Positions 17,920 through 27,226 of a DNA stretch of 64,000 nt are shown here, in pieces. Under the pieces are notes generated by a model. It saw only the letters and a program-made list of their open reading frames with translations, ran no database searches and was not told the origin of the DNA. The DNA is from Deltaproteobacteria bacterium (GTDB taxonomy: Bacteria > Desulfobacterota_D > UBA1144 > Nemesobacterales > CSP1-2). The position numbers and the translations under genes are program-made. Each line of letters begins with the position of its first letter. Positions within the stretch are counted from its first letter, which is position 1. The stretch spans positions 32,001 through 96,000 of the forward strand of contig JBQTHB010000007.1 in assembly GCA_052390235.1 (NCBI GenBank), in the 5' to 3' direction.

Positions 17920-19971
17920 ATGCGACATGAGATTTTCTCCCGTACATTTTACCGCCTTAGCGGTTTGTTGATTATCTCGATATATGCCGCTTCTCTAGTT
18001 TTGCTCTTCGGGGAGGCTATTGCCTCGTCTCCCCAATCTTTGGACTCAGGGGGCGATGAATATTTAATTGTGGACTGCCTTCTGCCCGGCGCGGTTAGAA
18101 AATTGGGCAGGCAAATTACGTATCTCACACCCCGAAGACCGCTTAGAACCTCGGAGCGGGACTGCGAGATTAGGGGCGGAGAGTACGTATCATACGACAG
18201 GAGCGACTATAAAACGTCTCTTCGCGTGTGGCTCGAAGACGCCAAAAAAGGCGATGCCGCCGCTCAAACCTATGTCGGGGAAATCTATGAAAAGGGCTTA
18301 GGCACAGCCCCGGACTTTGCCCTTGCCGCCGAGTGGTATAAAAAAGCCGCCGACCAGGGCTACTCCCGCGCCCGAATTAACCTTGGGCATCTGTATGAAA
18401 AGGGGTTGGGAACTGCCCAAGACCTCTCAAAAGCATTAGCCCTTTACGGTGAGGCGTCCGACTTTGATGCGCCTGTTGTTGTCGCCGCCCTTCCAGCAGA
18501 ATCCGTAGCCCCCGCTCCGCCGCCTGCCGCAAGCTCCGCCGAAGAGGACAGGCTCAGGGAAGAGGTCTCGCTTCTCAGGCAGCAGCTTGAGCAAACCCGC
18601 AGAGAGCTTGAGCAAAGTCAAAAGCAACTCGAAGCCCGAAAATCCGAGGCCGAATCCTCGCGCCGGGAGCTGGAGAGAACCCTCGAAGAGCTGGAAAAGC
18701 AAAAGGACAAAGCCCGGACATCCCGTAACGAGGACGAGGTTCGGAGGCTAGAGCAAAAACTCGGTGAAACGGGCGCGCAGCTCGCTAAGCGCGACGAAGA
18801 GATAAAGGCTCTCGCCGCGGAGACCGAGAAATACCGCGTACGTCTTGCTGGCATGGACAGCGATAAAAAGCTGTTGCAGGCGACAGTGCCCCCAGGGCCC
18901 AAGATTGAGATGATTGACCCGCCCATGCCGCTTACTCGCGGCATCGCCCCAATAGTCAAAACCAAGCCCGGAGTCGAGCGCGTTATCGTGGGCAAAATCA
19001 CAGCCCCCGCTGGACTGCACACTTTTATGTTTAACAATAGGGAGGAGAAAATTGACCAGAACGGGATGTTTCGCCTTACAGCTTCTATTGAGCGCGCCCG
19101 CGTGCCGGTGAAGCTCGTGGCGATTGACAAGACCGGAAGCCGCGCCGCCCTCGAATTTTGGCTCATGCCGGAGGTTGAAAACGGCGTCGCAGACTCCGAC
19201 TCAGTTGTAAAACCGTCTCCCGCGCTCGACTTCGGCGATTATTACGCCCTTATTATCGGGAACACGGAATATATCTATTGGCCCGGTCTGGAAACCCCAA
19301 AAAACGATGCTGTTAAAGTAGCCGCCATTCTAAGGGATAAATATGGATTTAAGACCCAGGCGCTTCTCAACGCCACGCGCCGCGACATTCTTCAGGCTCT
19401 AAACGAACACCGCAAAAAACTCACCGAGAGGGATAATCTCCTGATTTATTTCGCAGGGCATGGCTACTTGGACGAGAAAATAGGGCGCGGGTACTGGATT
19501 CCCGTTGACGGCGAGCGCGATAGCCCCGTGCAGTGGATTTCCACATCAATTATCGCGGATTTCTTAGGCTCGATGTCGGCAAAGCACGTTCTAGTCGTAG
19601 CCGATTCGTGTTACTCCGGCGCGCTGACCCGCTCGTCAATAGCCCAAATCGAACCCGGACTATCCGAGGAGGCTAAACGCGATATTCTGCTTCGCATATC
19701 GAAAACTCGCTCCCGCACCGTTCTGTCGTCCGGCGATCTGCGCCCGGTATTAGATGGCGGCGGGGGGGAGCATTCCATTTTTGCCAAAGCCTTTCTGGAG
19801 GTTCTAAGGGGCAACGGCTCTGTTCTCGAAGGGCAGAGGCTCCACGCCTCGGTTTCTACCCGCGTTGCGCGCGCCGCCGATGCTCTGAGTGTTGATCAGG
19901 AGCCTCAGTACGCTCCAATAAAATACGCGGGGCATGAGTCTGGGGATTTTCTCTTCGTGCCAAAACGCTGA
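17920..19971 (+). CDS. Secreted Sel1-repeat / coiled-coil / caspase (peptidase C14) protein
   Basis: Signal/TM segment, Sel1 repeats (AQTYVGEIYEKGLG; ARINLGHLYEKGLG), E/K/R coiled coil, YALIIGN, and catalytic YFAGHG and VADSCYSG. Confidence 0.92.
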   Translation: MRHEIFSRTFYRLSGLLIISIYAASLVLLFGEAIASSPQSLDSGGDEYLIVDCLLPGAVRKLGRQITYLTPRRPLRTSERDCEIRGGEYVSYDRSDYKTSLRVWLEDAKKGDAAAQTYVGEIYEKGLGTAPDFALAAEWYKKAADQGYSRARINLGHLYEKGLGTAQDLSKALALYGEASDFDAPVVVAALPAESVAPAPPPAASSAEEDRLREEVSLLRQQLEQTRRELEQSQKQLEARKSEAESSRRELERTLEELEKQKDKARTSRNEDEVRRLEQKLGETGAQLAKRDEEIKALAAETEKYRVRLAGMDSDKKLLQATVPPGPKIEMIDPPMPLTRGIAPIVKTKPGVERVIVGKITAPAGLHTFMFNNREEKIDQNGMFRLTASIERARVPVKLVAIDKTGSRAALEFWLMPEVENGVADSDSVVKPSPALDFGDYYALIIGNTEYIYWPGLETPKNDAVKVAAILRDKYGFKTQALLNATRRDILQALNEHRKKLTERDNLLIYFAGHGYLDEKIGRGYWIPVDGERDSPVQWISTSIIADFLGSMSAKHVLVVADSCYSGALTRSSIAQIEPGLSEEAKRDILLRISKTRSRTVLSSGDLRPVLDGGGGEHSIFAKAFLEVLRGNGSVLEGQRLHASVSTRVARAADALSVDQEPQYAPIKYAGHESGDFLFVPKR

Positions 19972-20007
19972 AATCTTATACTTTCCGGTACCCGGCCATT
20001 ACGGTTG

Positions 20008-22356
20008 TCAGAGGGATTTCGCTTTGGGTTCTGCGGAGGCGCAAAAATCCGAGAGTATTCTCAAATTGCGCTCGACAAGCTCGGCGACTTCGGGGAAATC
20101 TCTTTTGGTGAACACCCTAAGGGCTTGTTCGTAGGCGCGGATGGCTTTTTTGCAGTTCTCGGCTTTGTTGTCAATTTGAGCCAGCGTGCTGTAGGCTGTG
20201 CCTAGGTTGTTTTGGGTTTTTGCGTACTGCATGGGGAATTTCTCGATGCTATAGACGGCGGCGGCTTTCTCGTAAGCGCCGATGGCATTTTTGCAGTTAG
20301 AAGTGTTGTTTTCGCTCTCGGCGAGGGTTCTGTAGGCGACTCCGATGTTATTCTGAGTGGCGGCGTATTCGAGAGGGGACTTCTCTAGGGTTCTCACCCT
20401 AAGCGCCTGCTCGTAGGCTCGGATGGCTTTTTTGCAGTTTTCGGCTTGGTTTTCCACCTCTGAGAGGGTTTTATAAGCCATCCCCAGGTTGTTTTGCGTG
20501 GCGGCGTATTCCATGGGAAAATTTTCGAGAGCGCAGACCTTGAGGGTTTCCTCGTAAGAGCGGATGGCGTTTTTGCTATTTGTAGCTTTATCTTCGCTCT
20601 CGGCAAGGGTTCTGTAGATTATCCCCAAATCGTTGTGGGCGGCGGCGAATTCCATTGGGAAATCCCTCTGATGATAGACCGCAAGCGCTTCCAGATGGGA
20701 TTTGATAGCCAATTTATAGTTATCCGACCTGTTTTCGTAACGAGCTAAATTAGAATAGAGAATTCCGAGACTGCTCTTGGCGAGGGCGTATTCCACGCTG
20801 AAACTATCCCGCTTATAGACGCGCAGAGCCTCGTTCCAAGCCGATATTGCCGACTTTAAATTGTCCAGGCTATCTTCGCTCTCGGCTATCGCGCTTCGAG
20901 TCTCAGCGATGTTTCTGTGAGTGGTTGCGTATTGAAGATGCTCTGCGGCGAGGGTTCTGACGGCAAGGGCTTTGCTAAGGTATGCGATGGAGCTATTGAG
21001 TCCCTGCGCGCGCGCTTCGGATTCTTCGGCGTACAGGGCATAGGCTACGCCCAGGTTATTGCACACGACTCCGTGCTGCAATGGAAAGGATGAAACCGAA
21101 TACGCTTCGAGGGCTTTTGCGAGGTGTCGGCGGGCGTTTTGGCTATTTTGCGATGCGTCCTCTCCCTCTTCGGCAAGGAGGATGTGCGAGTTGCCCATGG
21201 CGTTTTGAATTGAGCCGTGGAGAGCCGGTTGTTTATTATCCCCGGCTAGGCACTGCGCGCCGCTCTGGGCGTGCTGCAGCGCTTTAATGAGGTTCTCACG
21301 CCTGTTTTCGGCGTTTGATAGGGACATATAGGCGGCGGCGAGGTTTGCATGGGCTTTGGCGCAGATGTCCGGCTCGCTTGCGGCGGTTTTTATTTTGATG
21401 GCTTCTTCGAGGGCGAGAATAGCTTTTTTTGAGGTTGCCGCCGTGTTCCATCCCTCGGCGAGGGCGGCGAGCGCGCCTCCTAGGTTAACTAAAACCCTCG
21501 CCCTCTTAGAATCCGCAGGCAGGGCGCTTAGCGCTTCCTCGAGATGCTCTACGGCTTTTCGGCGGTTTTTTATACTGTCCTCAACGTGCGCGAGCCTGAA
21601 ATAGGCTATGGCTAAGCTGTTGCGCGCTGACGCATGGCGGCTGCCGGCGTCACTCCCCCTTAGGACTTCTTCGTAGATGGAGATGGCTTTTTTTATGTAT
21701 CCTGCGCCGTCCCTGCCCGCCGACATTTTTAAATATATATCCCCTAGAACTCTCCTCCTTGCGGCCGGCGCGAGGGTTTTTTCACTTTTTACGGTGGTTG
21801 GCGCGGCGCTCAGCGCTGGGGCTTTTCGGGACAGAGCGCTCTGGATCTCCCTCTCGATTTTAGCGGCGTGAGAGTGCGCCGAGATTAACTGCGCGCTCAG
21901 GTCAAGTGTTACTAGCACTGCGCCGTCGTTTTTGAGCAGTTCCATAAAGTGTATCTCGTCCCTGCTTTTGGGTAGCTCCTGCGGGGCTTTAGCGGCGGCG
22001 GGAGCGGCGAAAATATTGGCGTCCGAAGGGGGTTTGCTACTACCGGCGGCTGAGTGGGGAGCGCGGTTAATCTGGACCGCTATAATATGCGCCCCTCTGC
22101 CCTTGAGAAATCCATACTGATAAAACGCTTCCGGCCCAAACTCCTCGCAAATCAGGGCGGCCACTCCCCCGTAAGCGGCTGGAAATCCATCCAAAAATCG
22201 CGCTCTGCTAGAATCCTCGTATGGGTAGAGGGCAATCTGAATCCCCTTTTGCCCCAGCGACTCCTGAAGGGACTTCACTATGCCCTCAATTTGCTTTTGG
22301 TTTCGATAAACTACTGCGCCGCCTGAATTTGCGTCATGTCCGCTCGCCCCTGTCAT
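20008..22356 (-). CDS. Long TPR-repeat protein with an uncharacterised N-terminal domain
   Basis: About 46-aa repeats of the type FP.EYAATQNNLG.AY.TLAE.ENKAENCKKAIRAYEQAL. GGAGG SD present. Confidence 0.88.
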   Translation of the reverse strand: MTGASGHDANSGGAVVYRNQKQIEGIVKSLQESLGQKGIQIALYPYEDSSRARFLDGFPAAYGGVAALICEEFGPEAFYQYGFLKGRGAHIIAVQINRAPHSAAGSSKPPSDANIFAAPAAAKAPQELPKSRDEIHFMELLKNDGAVLVTLDLSAQLISAHSHAAKIEREIQSALSRKAPALSAAPTTVKSEKTLAPAARRRVLGDIYLKMSAGRDGAGYIKKAISIYEEVLRGSDAGSRHASARNSLAIAYFRLAHVEDSIKNRRKAVEHLEEALSALPADSKRARVLVNLGGALAALAEGWNTAATSKKAILALEEAIKIKTAASEPDICAKAHANLAAAYMSLSNAENRRENLIKALQHAQSGAQCLAGDNKQPALHGSIQNAMGNSHILLAEEGEDASQNSQNARRHLAKALEAYSVSSFPLQHGVVCNNLGVAYALYAEESEARAQGLNSSIAYLSKALAVRTLAAEHLQYATTHRNIAETRSAIAESEDSLDNLKSAISAWNEALRVYKRDSFSVEYALAKSSLGILYSNLARYENRSDNYKLAIKSHLEALAVYHQRDFPMEFAAAHNDLGIIYRTLAESEDKATNSKNAIRSYEETLKVCALENFPMEYAATQNNLGMAYKTLSEVENQAENCKKAIRAYEQALRVRTLEKSPLEYAATQNNIGVAYRTLAESENNTSNCKNAIGAYEKAAAVYSIEKFPMQYAKTQNNLGTAYSTLAQIDNKAENCKKAIRAYEQALRVFTKRDFPEVAELVERNLRILSDFCASAEPKAKSL
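20100..20700 (-). repeat. About 138-bp coding tandem repeats (TPR units)
   Basis: GATGGCTTTTTTGCAGTT-like blocks recur near 20140, 20280, 20420 and 20560. Confidence 0.8.
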
Positions 22357-22376
22357 TACCGCCTCCTTTATGAGAG

Positions 22377-22730
22377 CTAATCTGCCTTGGGTTTTTCAAT
22401 GGCTTTGAGCGCCAAGAGGGCTTTGTCGGCGCTCTCGTGGACGAGCCTTAGGGCTTCTTCCGCTTCTTTAATTTTATCCTCGATTTTCTCTATCTCCACG
22501 CACTTTGCCCTGACGCTGTCGGCTTCAAAGGTTTTGGTGTGCTTAAATGTCCTATAGACCGACTTGCCAAGCTCGTTAACGGCTCTCGTTCTCTGCCCCC
22601 GAAGCGTCTGAATCTGGTTCTTAGCTTTGACGGTCTCAAAGACCTCTTTCGAGCGCACGTTTACGATTTTGATTCCCATTCCGAGGCTCTGTTTAATTTT
22701 AGTTAAAAAATCCGTCTCGTTTGAAGACAT
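22377..22730 (-). CDS. Hypothetical coiled-coil protein
   Basis: Helical K/E-rich ORF with an AAGGAG SD. Confidence 0.75.
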   Translation of the reverse strand: MSSNETDFLTKIKQSLGMGIKIVNVRSKEVFETVKAKNQIQTLRGQRTRAVNELGKSVYRTFKHTKTFEADSVRAKCVEIEKIEDKIKEAEEALRLVHESADKALLALKAIEKPKAD

Positions 22731-22777
22731 GAGTAATTTCTCCTTAAAAGTATCTATCGTTTTTTGTGAAATTGGCG

Positions 22778-23152
22778 CTAACCGGAAATTTTATCAATCA
22801 TCGCGTTGATTTCTCTTTGCTGAATTGCGTCGGTAACTATGGTCAGTCCAAAAATTGAGAGCAGAACGCTGATAATGGCAAGGTCGGAATTCCTGGGGAT
22901 GCCGAGCTTATCCTGCAGAGATGCGATTTCGCGCCCCACGACGTATTCATGATAAATATGATAAATGCCAAATGTGATAATTGTCAGAAAAAGCCACCAG
23001 GGGAATGAGAATTTCTTCTCGCCGGCAAGGAGGTTTACGAATTTCATCTGCCGGTACTGCCAGTAGAGGTTGAATATCCCCAGCGTGATTATCGTGAGGA
23101 TTATGTACTTTGCGATTCCCGCTCGAAATTCCAAAAGCTCTGGTTTATCCAT
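22778..23152 (-). CDS. DUF4234-like membrane protein
   Basis: Two ILTIITxGIY/F repeats and a terminal IQQREIN. Confidence 0.8.
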   Translation of the reverse strand: MDKPELLEFRAGIAKYIILTIITLGIFNLYWQYRQMKFVNLLAGEKKFSFPWWLFLTIITFGIYHIYHEYVVGREIASLQDKLGIPRNSDLAIISVLLSIFGLTIVTDAIQQREINAMIDKISG

Positions 23153-23169
23153 AAAATTCTGCCTACTCT

Positions 23170-24918
23170 CTACCTGTAGAGATTCGTAATTGGAAAGCGG
23201 CGGTCTTTGCCGAACGAGCGCGCCGTGATTTTCACCCCCGGGGGGGCTTGGCGGCGTTTATACTCATTTAAATCAACCATTTTAATAATACGCCTCGCCA
23301 GAGCCTCATCAAACCCCATGGCGGTGATTTCCCCAAGACTGAGGTCGTCCTCGACATAGGCTCTGAGTATCGAGTCGAGGATGTCATAGGGCGGAAGGGA
23401 GTCGGTGTCCCGTTGATTCTCCCGAAGCTCGGCTGACGGGGCTTTTTCGATAACCGCTCTGGGGATGACGTCCCATCCCCTGCGGGCGTTGTAGAACGCC
23501 GACAGGCGATAGACCAGAGCCTTCCATACGTCTTTGATGACGGCAAACCCCCCTGCCATATCCCCGTATAGGGTGCAATACCCCACGCTCGTCTCGCTCT
23601 TATTGCCGGTCGTAAGCACGAGCCATCCGAATTTATTTGAAGCCGCCATGAGTATGTTTCCCCTTACTCTAGCTTGGAGGTTTTCCTCGGCGGCGTCCTC
23701 GGCTCTGCCCTCGAAGGTCGGGCGGAGCATCTCGATGTACTCTCTGAATGCAGGCTCTATCGGAATTGAGATAAGCTCTATGCCCAAATTTGCCGCAAGC
23801 GCGCGCGCGTCCGTTACGCTCCCCTCAGATGAGAACCGCGACGGCATCGAGACCCCGATGACGTTCTCACTGCCTAGGGCCTCAACCGCTACAGCCGCTA
23901 CGAGCGATGAATCAATCCCTCCGCTAATACCTATGACGGCTTTGCTGAATCCGTTTTTGCCTACGTAATCCCTCACTCCGAGAACTAGGGCGGAGAATAT
24001 CTCTCCCTCTTCGGTTTGGGAAAATGGAGTGAGCGAGGGGGCGATGATGGGGACTTTCCCCGCCTCTGCCTTTGATTTATAGCTCTCCTCGAGGGTGATT
24101 ATCTCGGGCTTTAACCCCTTTAGCTCAAGCTCAAATTTTTCCTTCCGGCGGCGCGGGTCGTGGAGTCTCGTCCTAAAGATGCGGCTTATGTTTATATCCG
24201 AGAGCAGGAGGGTCTCTGTGAATCCGGCGGCGCGGGAGTAGGTCTGGCCGTTTTCCGCTATAACGGCGCTGTGCCCGTCAAATACAAGCTCGTCCTGGCC
24301 GCCGGTGAGGTTGCAAAAAGCTATTACGACGGAATAATCGGACGCTCTCGAGGCGAGCATTCTCTCCCTCGACGGGGCCTTCGAGGCGTGATAGGGCGAG
24401 GATGAGATGTTTATTATGAGCCGAGCGTCGGCAAGGGTCGCCTGCACGCGAGTCGGGTCTCCGGGATACCAAATATCCTCGCAGATGTTCACGCCGAAGG
24501 TCAACTCGCCGAGTCTATACACCGGGGCGCGCACTCCCGCCTGAAAGTACCGGTTCTCATCGAACACCCCGTAGTTTGGCAGATAGCGCTTGTGGTAGAT
24601 GTCTGCAATGCTGCCATTATGAATGACGGCGGCGGCGTTATAGATGTCCTCTCGCCTGTCGGCGAACCCTACGATGACGGTTATGCCGAGGGCGCGTTCT
24701 GTGATTTTATCTAGGGCTTTGAGGTTGTCATCAATGAAGCTCGGCTTAAGGAGCAGATCTTCTGGGGGATAACCCGTTATCGCCAGCTCTGGGAAGCACA
24801 GAATATCCACTCCGAGGGATTTCGCCTCTTCGATGCGGGCGAGAATCTTTGCGAGATTTCCCTGCAAATCCCCTACGGAGGCGTTAATTTGAGCTAAACC
24901 CAGCCGGACGGTTTCCAT
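23170..24918 (-). CDS. nadE: Glutamine-dependent NAD+ synthetase
   Basis: Nitrilase domain (FPEL, ICEDIW) plus SGGIDS, ENLQAR, TTGNKSE and PSAEL motifs. Confidence 0.97.
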   Translation of the reverse strand: METVRLGLAQINASVGDLQGNLAKILARIEEAKSLGVDILCFPELAITGYPPEDLLLKPSFIDDNLKALDKITERALGITVIVGFADRREDIYNAAAVIHNGSIADIYHKRYLPNYGVFDENRYFQAGVRAPVYRLGELTFGVNICEDIWYPGDPTRVQATLADARLIINISSSPYHASKAPSRERMLASRASDYSVVIAFCNLTGGQDELVFDGHSAVIAENGQTYSRAAGFTETLLLSDINISRIFRTRLHDPRRRKEKFELELKGLKPEIITLEESYKSKAEAGKVPIIAPSLTPFSQTEEGEIFSALVLGVRDYVGKNGFSKAVIGISGGIDSSLVAAVAVEALGSENVIGVSMPSRFSSEGSVTDARALAANLGIELISIPIEPAFREYIEMLRPTFEGRAEDAAEENLQARVRGNILMAASNKFGWLVLTTGNKSETSVGYCTLYGDMAGGFAVIKDVWKALVYRLSAFYNARRGWDVIPRAVIEKAPSAELRENQRDTDSLPPYDILDSILRAYVEDDLSLGEITAMGFDEALARRIIKMVDLNEYKRRQAPPGVKITARSFGKDRRFPITNLYR

Positions 24919-25026
24919 TGCCTGTTATTATAATTGTAAATTTGCAAATAAATAAGCCTGCGCAGGTCAACTCGATTTCCCCTATCTGCTCGGCTCAAAA
25001 GGGGTAGCGAGAAATCTCGAATCCCC

Positions 25027-25620
25027 TCAAAGCCCGCCCGTTGCCGTATAGACCACATTTGCCGCGAAATGAAATATGATATTTGACCAAAGGGTTTTCG
25101 TATATGCGTACATATAACCCATAACCAGAGAGGGGAAAAAGGTTAGGGCGGCTTCGGCAATGCCCCCTCCTGCGCACGCGGCGGCGATGCACCTGGAAGC
25201 GATATGGGCGAGGGCAAAGAGCAGGCTCACGGCGGCGACGCATTTTAAGCTATCGCCGAATTTCTCCTGAAGATACCCTCTAAAAAAAACCTCCTCTGGA
25301 AATGAGACCAGAAGCAGATGGGTCAAGATGAGCGAAAGGGACACCCTCTCGAGGTTTATGGGTTTTCCCACGGCGATAACATAAACCGCTAAAATTGCCG
25401 CCGAAGCCGCCGCCCCTATGATAATCCCTCTCAAATCCCAGCGCAACCCTCGAATATCGCTATTCATTGCCACGGGCGTGAGCAGAAGCACGGCTGAGGT
25501 AGCCGGAAAAACATAAGCGGGCGGAAGGGCGAACTTCGCCGCTACGATAGCCCCGACTGCGGCAACATAGGCAACCATAGGAAGAAGGAATCGCTCTTTA
25601 GGGCTTTGGTTAGAAGTCAT
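25027..25620 (-). CDS. CPBP (Abi/CAAX) family intramembrane glutamic protease
   Basis: PEEVFFRG, LFALAH and IIFHFAAN motifs. Confidence 0.88.
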   Translation of the reverse strand: MTSNQSPKERFLLPMVAYVAAVGAIVAAKFALPPAYVFPATSAVLLLTPVAMNSDIRGLRWDLRGIIIGAAASAAILAVYVIAVGKPINLERVSLSLILTHLLLVSFPEEVFFRGYLQEKFGDSLKCVAAVSLLFALAHIASRCIAAACAGGGIAEAALTFFPSLVMGYMYAYTKTLWSNIIFHFAANVVYTATGGL

Positions 25621-25786
25621 TGTGAAACCATGCGATTTGCGCTAGGCGCTGTGAAGACTTCGCGGGGGTTGCGTTCTGTGCCATAGGCTAGGGGTAAAAT
25701 ACACACCTGCCTCGAAGAGGTCAATTATCCGGCGGGAGATTGTCCCGGAGAGAGAGTGTGTGGGGGGGAGGCGATGCCCCGCGGCG

Positions 25787-26569
25787 CTAGAAGAATATGA
25801 GGAAAAATTTCGTGAGCAGGAAATCCCCTATAACTATAAGCACAAGCGATACCACTACGGTGAGGGTCGTCGCCTTTCCCACGCCCTGAGTGCCGCCTTC
25901 GGTTCTCATCCCTATGTAGCACCCAACGATGGCGACGATAACCCCAAAAAACGCCGTTTTCAGGATGCCGCTAATGAGGTCTGGGACGAGAATCCAGCCT
26001 ATGATGCTCGATATGAAAAGCCGAGGCGTGATGCCAAGCTCTAGGTTTGATATTATCATCGCCCCTAGGATTCCGGCTAAGTCCGCGATAATTGCGAGAA
26101 GCGGAAACGAAATCAAAGCGGCGACAAATCTCGGCAATACGAGCTTTTCTATCGGGTCTGCCCCTAGGGTTCTCATCGCATCAATCTGCTCGGTAACCTT
26201 CATCGAGCCGATTTCGGCTGTTATCCCCGCGCCCACTCGCCCTCCTACGAGTAGAGACGTAAGCACGGGCCCTAGCTCTCTTATGAAAGCAAGCGACACC
26301 ACCGAGCCTACTAGGCTCTTCGCCCCGAACCGTCCGAACCCGTAGGCGAGCTGTACCACCATGACCATCCCTATAGCCGTGGCCGAGAGCAGAACTATCG
26401 GGATGGATTTATAGCCGATTTCGACTATTTGGTCCATGATGAGCCTGAAGTTTTTAAACGGATGGGTGAAGCACAGATACAGGGTCTTATACAGTAGGAC
26501 TCCTACCTCTCCCAAACACTCGACCGCCGATATGATGAATGTCCCAAGGCGCGCTATGAAGTCCTTCAT
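25787..26569 (-). CDS. mlaE: MlaE-family ABC permease
   Basis: RELGPVLT, AEIGSMKVTEQIDAM and GGTQGVGKATT motifs. Confidence 0.93.
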   Translation of the reverse strand: MKDFIARLGTFIISAVECLGEVGVLLYKTLYLCFTHPFKNFRLIMDQIVEIGYKSIPIVLLSATAIGMVMVVQLAYGFGRFGAKSLVGSVVSLAFIRELGPVLTSLLVGGRVGAGITAEIGSMKVTEQIDAMRTLGADPIEKLVLPRFVAALISFPLLAIIADLAGILGAMIISNLELGITPRLFISSIIGWILVPDLISGILKTAFFGVIVAIVGCYIGMRTEGGTQGVGKATTLTVVVSLVLIVIGDFLLTKFFLIFF

Positions 26570-27114
26570 GGCTTTTCCAGGAGTCTGAATTTGGCGACGA
26601 ATTCCCTAAATTCTCCTACGCCGCCATCGAAACCCGCGGGGGCTGAGGCATAGCTCATGTCGTAGATGCAGGAGAGGGATTTCATCACGGCGACGGCTAT
26701 TTTTACGTCCGAAGAGTCGAGCTTACCCGAATAAACGCTCTCCATGGCAGGCTCGCCGCTTATGGTTATCTCGCCCCTCGATACGACATTTCTCTCGGCA
26801 ATGCCTATGATGAGATTCTCGGATAGGGCTTTGAGGCTGTAGTTGACCTTTTTGCCCTGTTTATTGCAGGTTGAGTTCACGGTGATGGTGGCGGGAATGC
26901 CGGGGTTTAAGTAGGCGATGTCTCCGCCCTCGATGTCTATTTGCTTCCAGCTTTTGCTGAGTCCCCCGATTTCGTAGCTCGTGAATTTATTTGTATATAC
27001 CCTGCCCTTGAGCCTGCCCGGAGTCGAGTCGGCGGCGGCGTAATGACCAGCGAATTCCACTATCGCGCAGGAATTAAGAGAGAACAGAAGGAGGGATAGG
27101 AGGAGTATTTTCAT
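26566..27114 (-). CDS. Hypothetical lipoprotein
   Basis: Lipobox-like LNSC. Stop overlaps the mlaE start (ATGA). Confidence 0.75.
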   Translation of the reverse strand: MKILLLSLLLFSLNSCAIVEFAGHYAAADSTPGRLKGRVYTNKFTSYEIGGLSKSWKQIDIEGGDIAYLNPGIPATITVNSTCNKQGKKVNYSLKALSENLIIGIAERNVVSRGEITISGEPAMESVYSGKLDSSDVKIAVAVMKSLSCIYDMSYASAPAGFDGGVGEFREFVAKFRLLEKP

Positions 27115-27226
27115 CGTGTCCGCCGCTAGGGCTTAGTTTAATATCAATCCGCCGCAAGAGCAAATACTATCCCCGCCTCTTTCGGGGGGAGGGGCGCTTA
27201 GGACAATTAGCGTCTGCTCGCGTACG

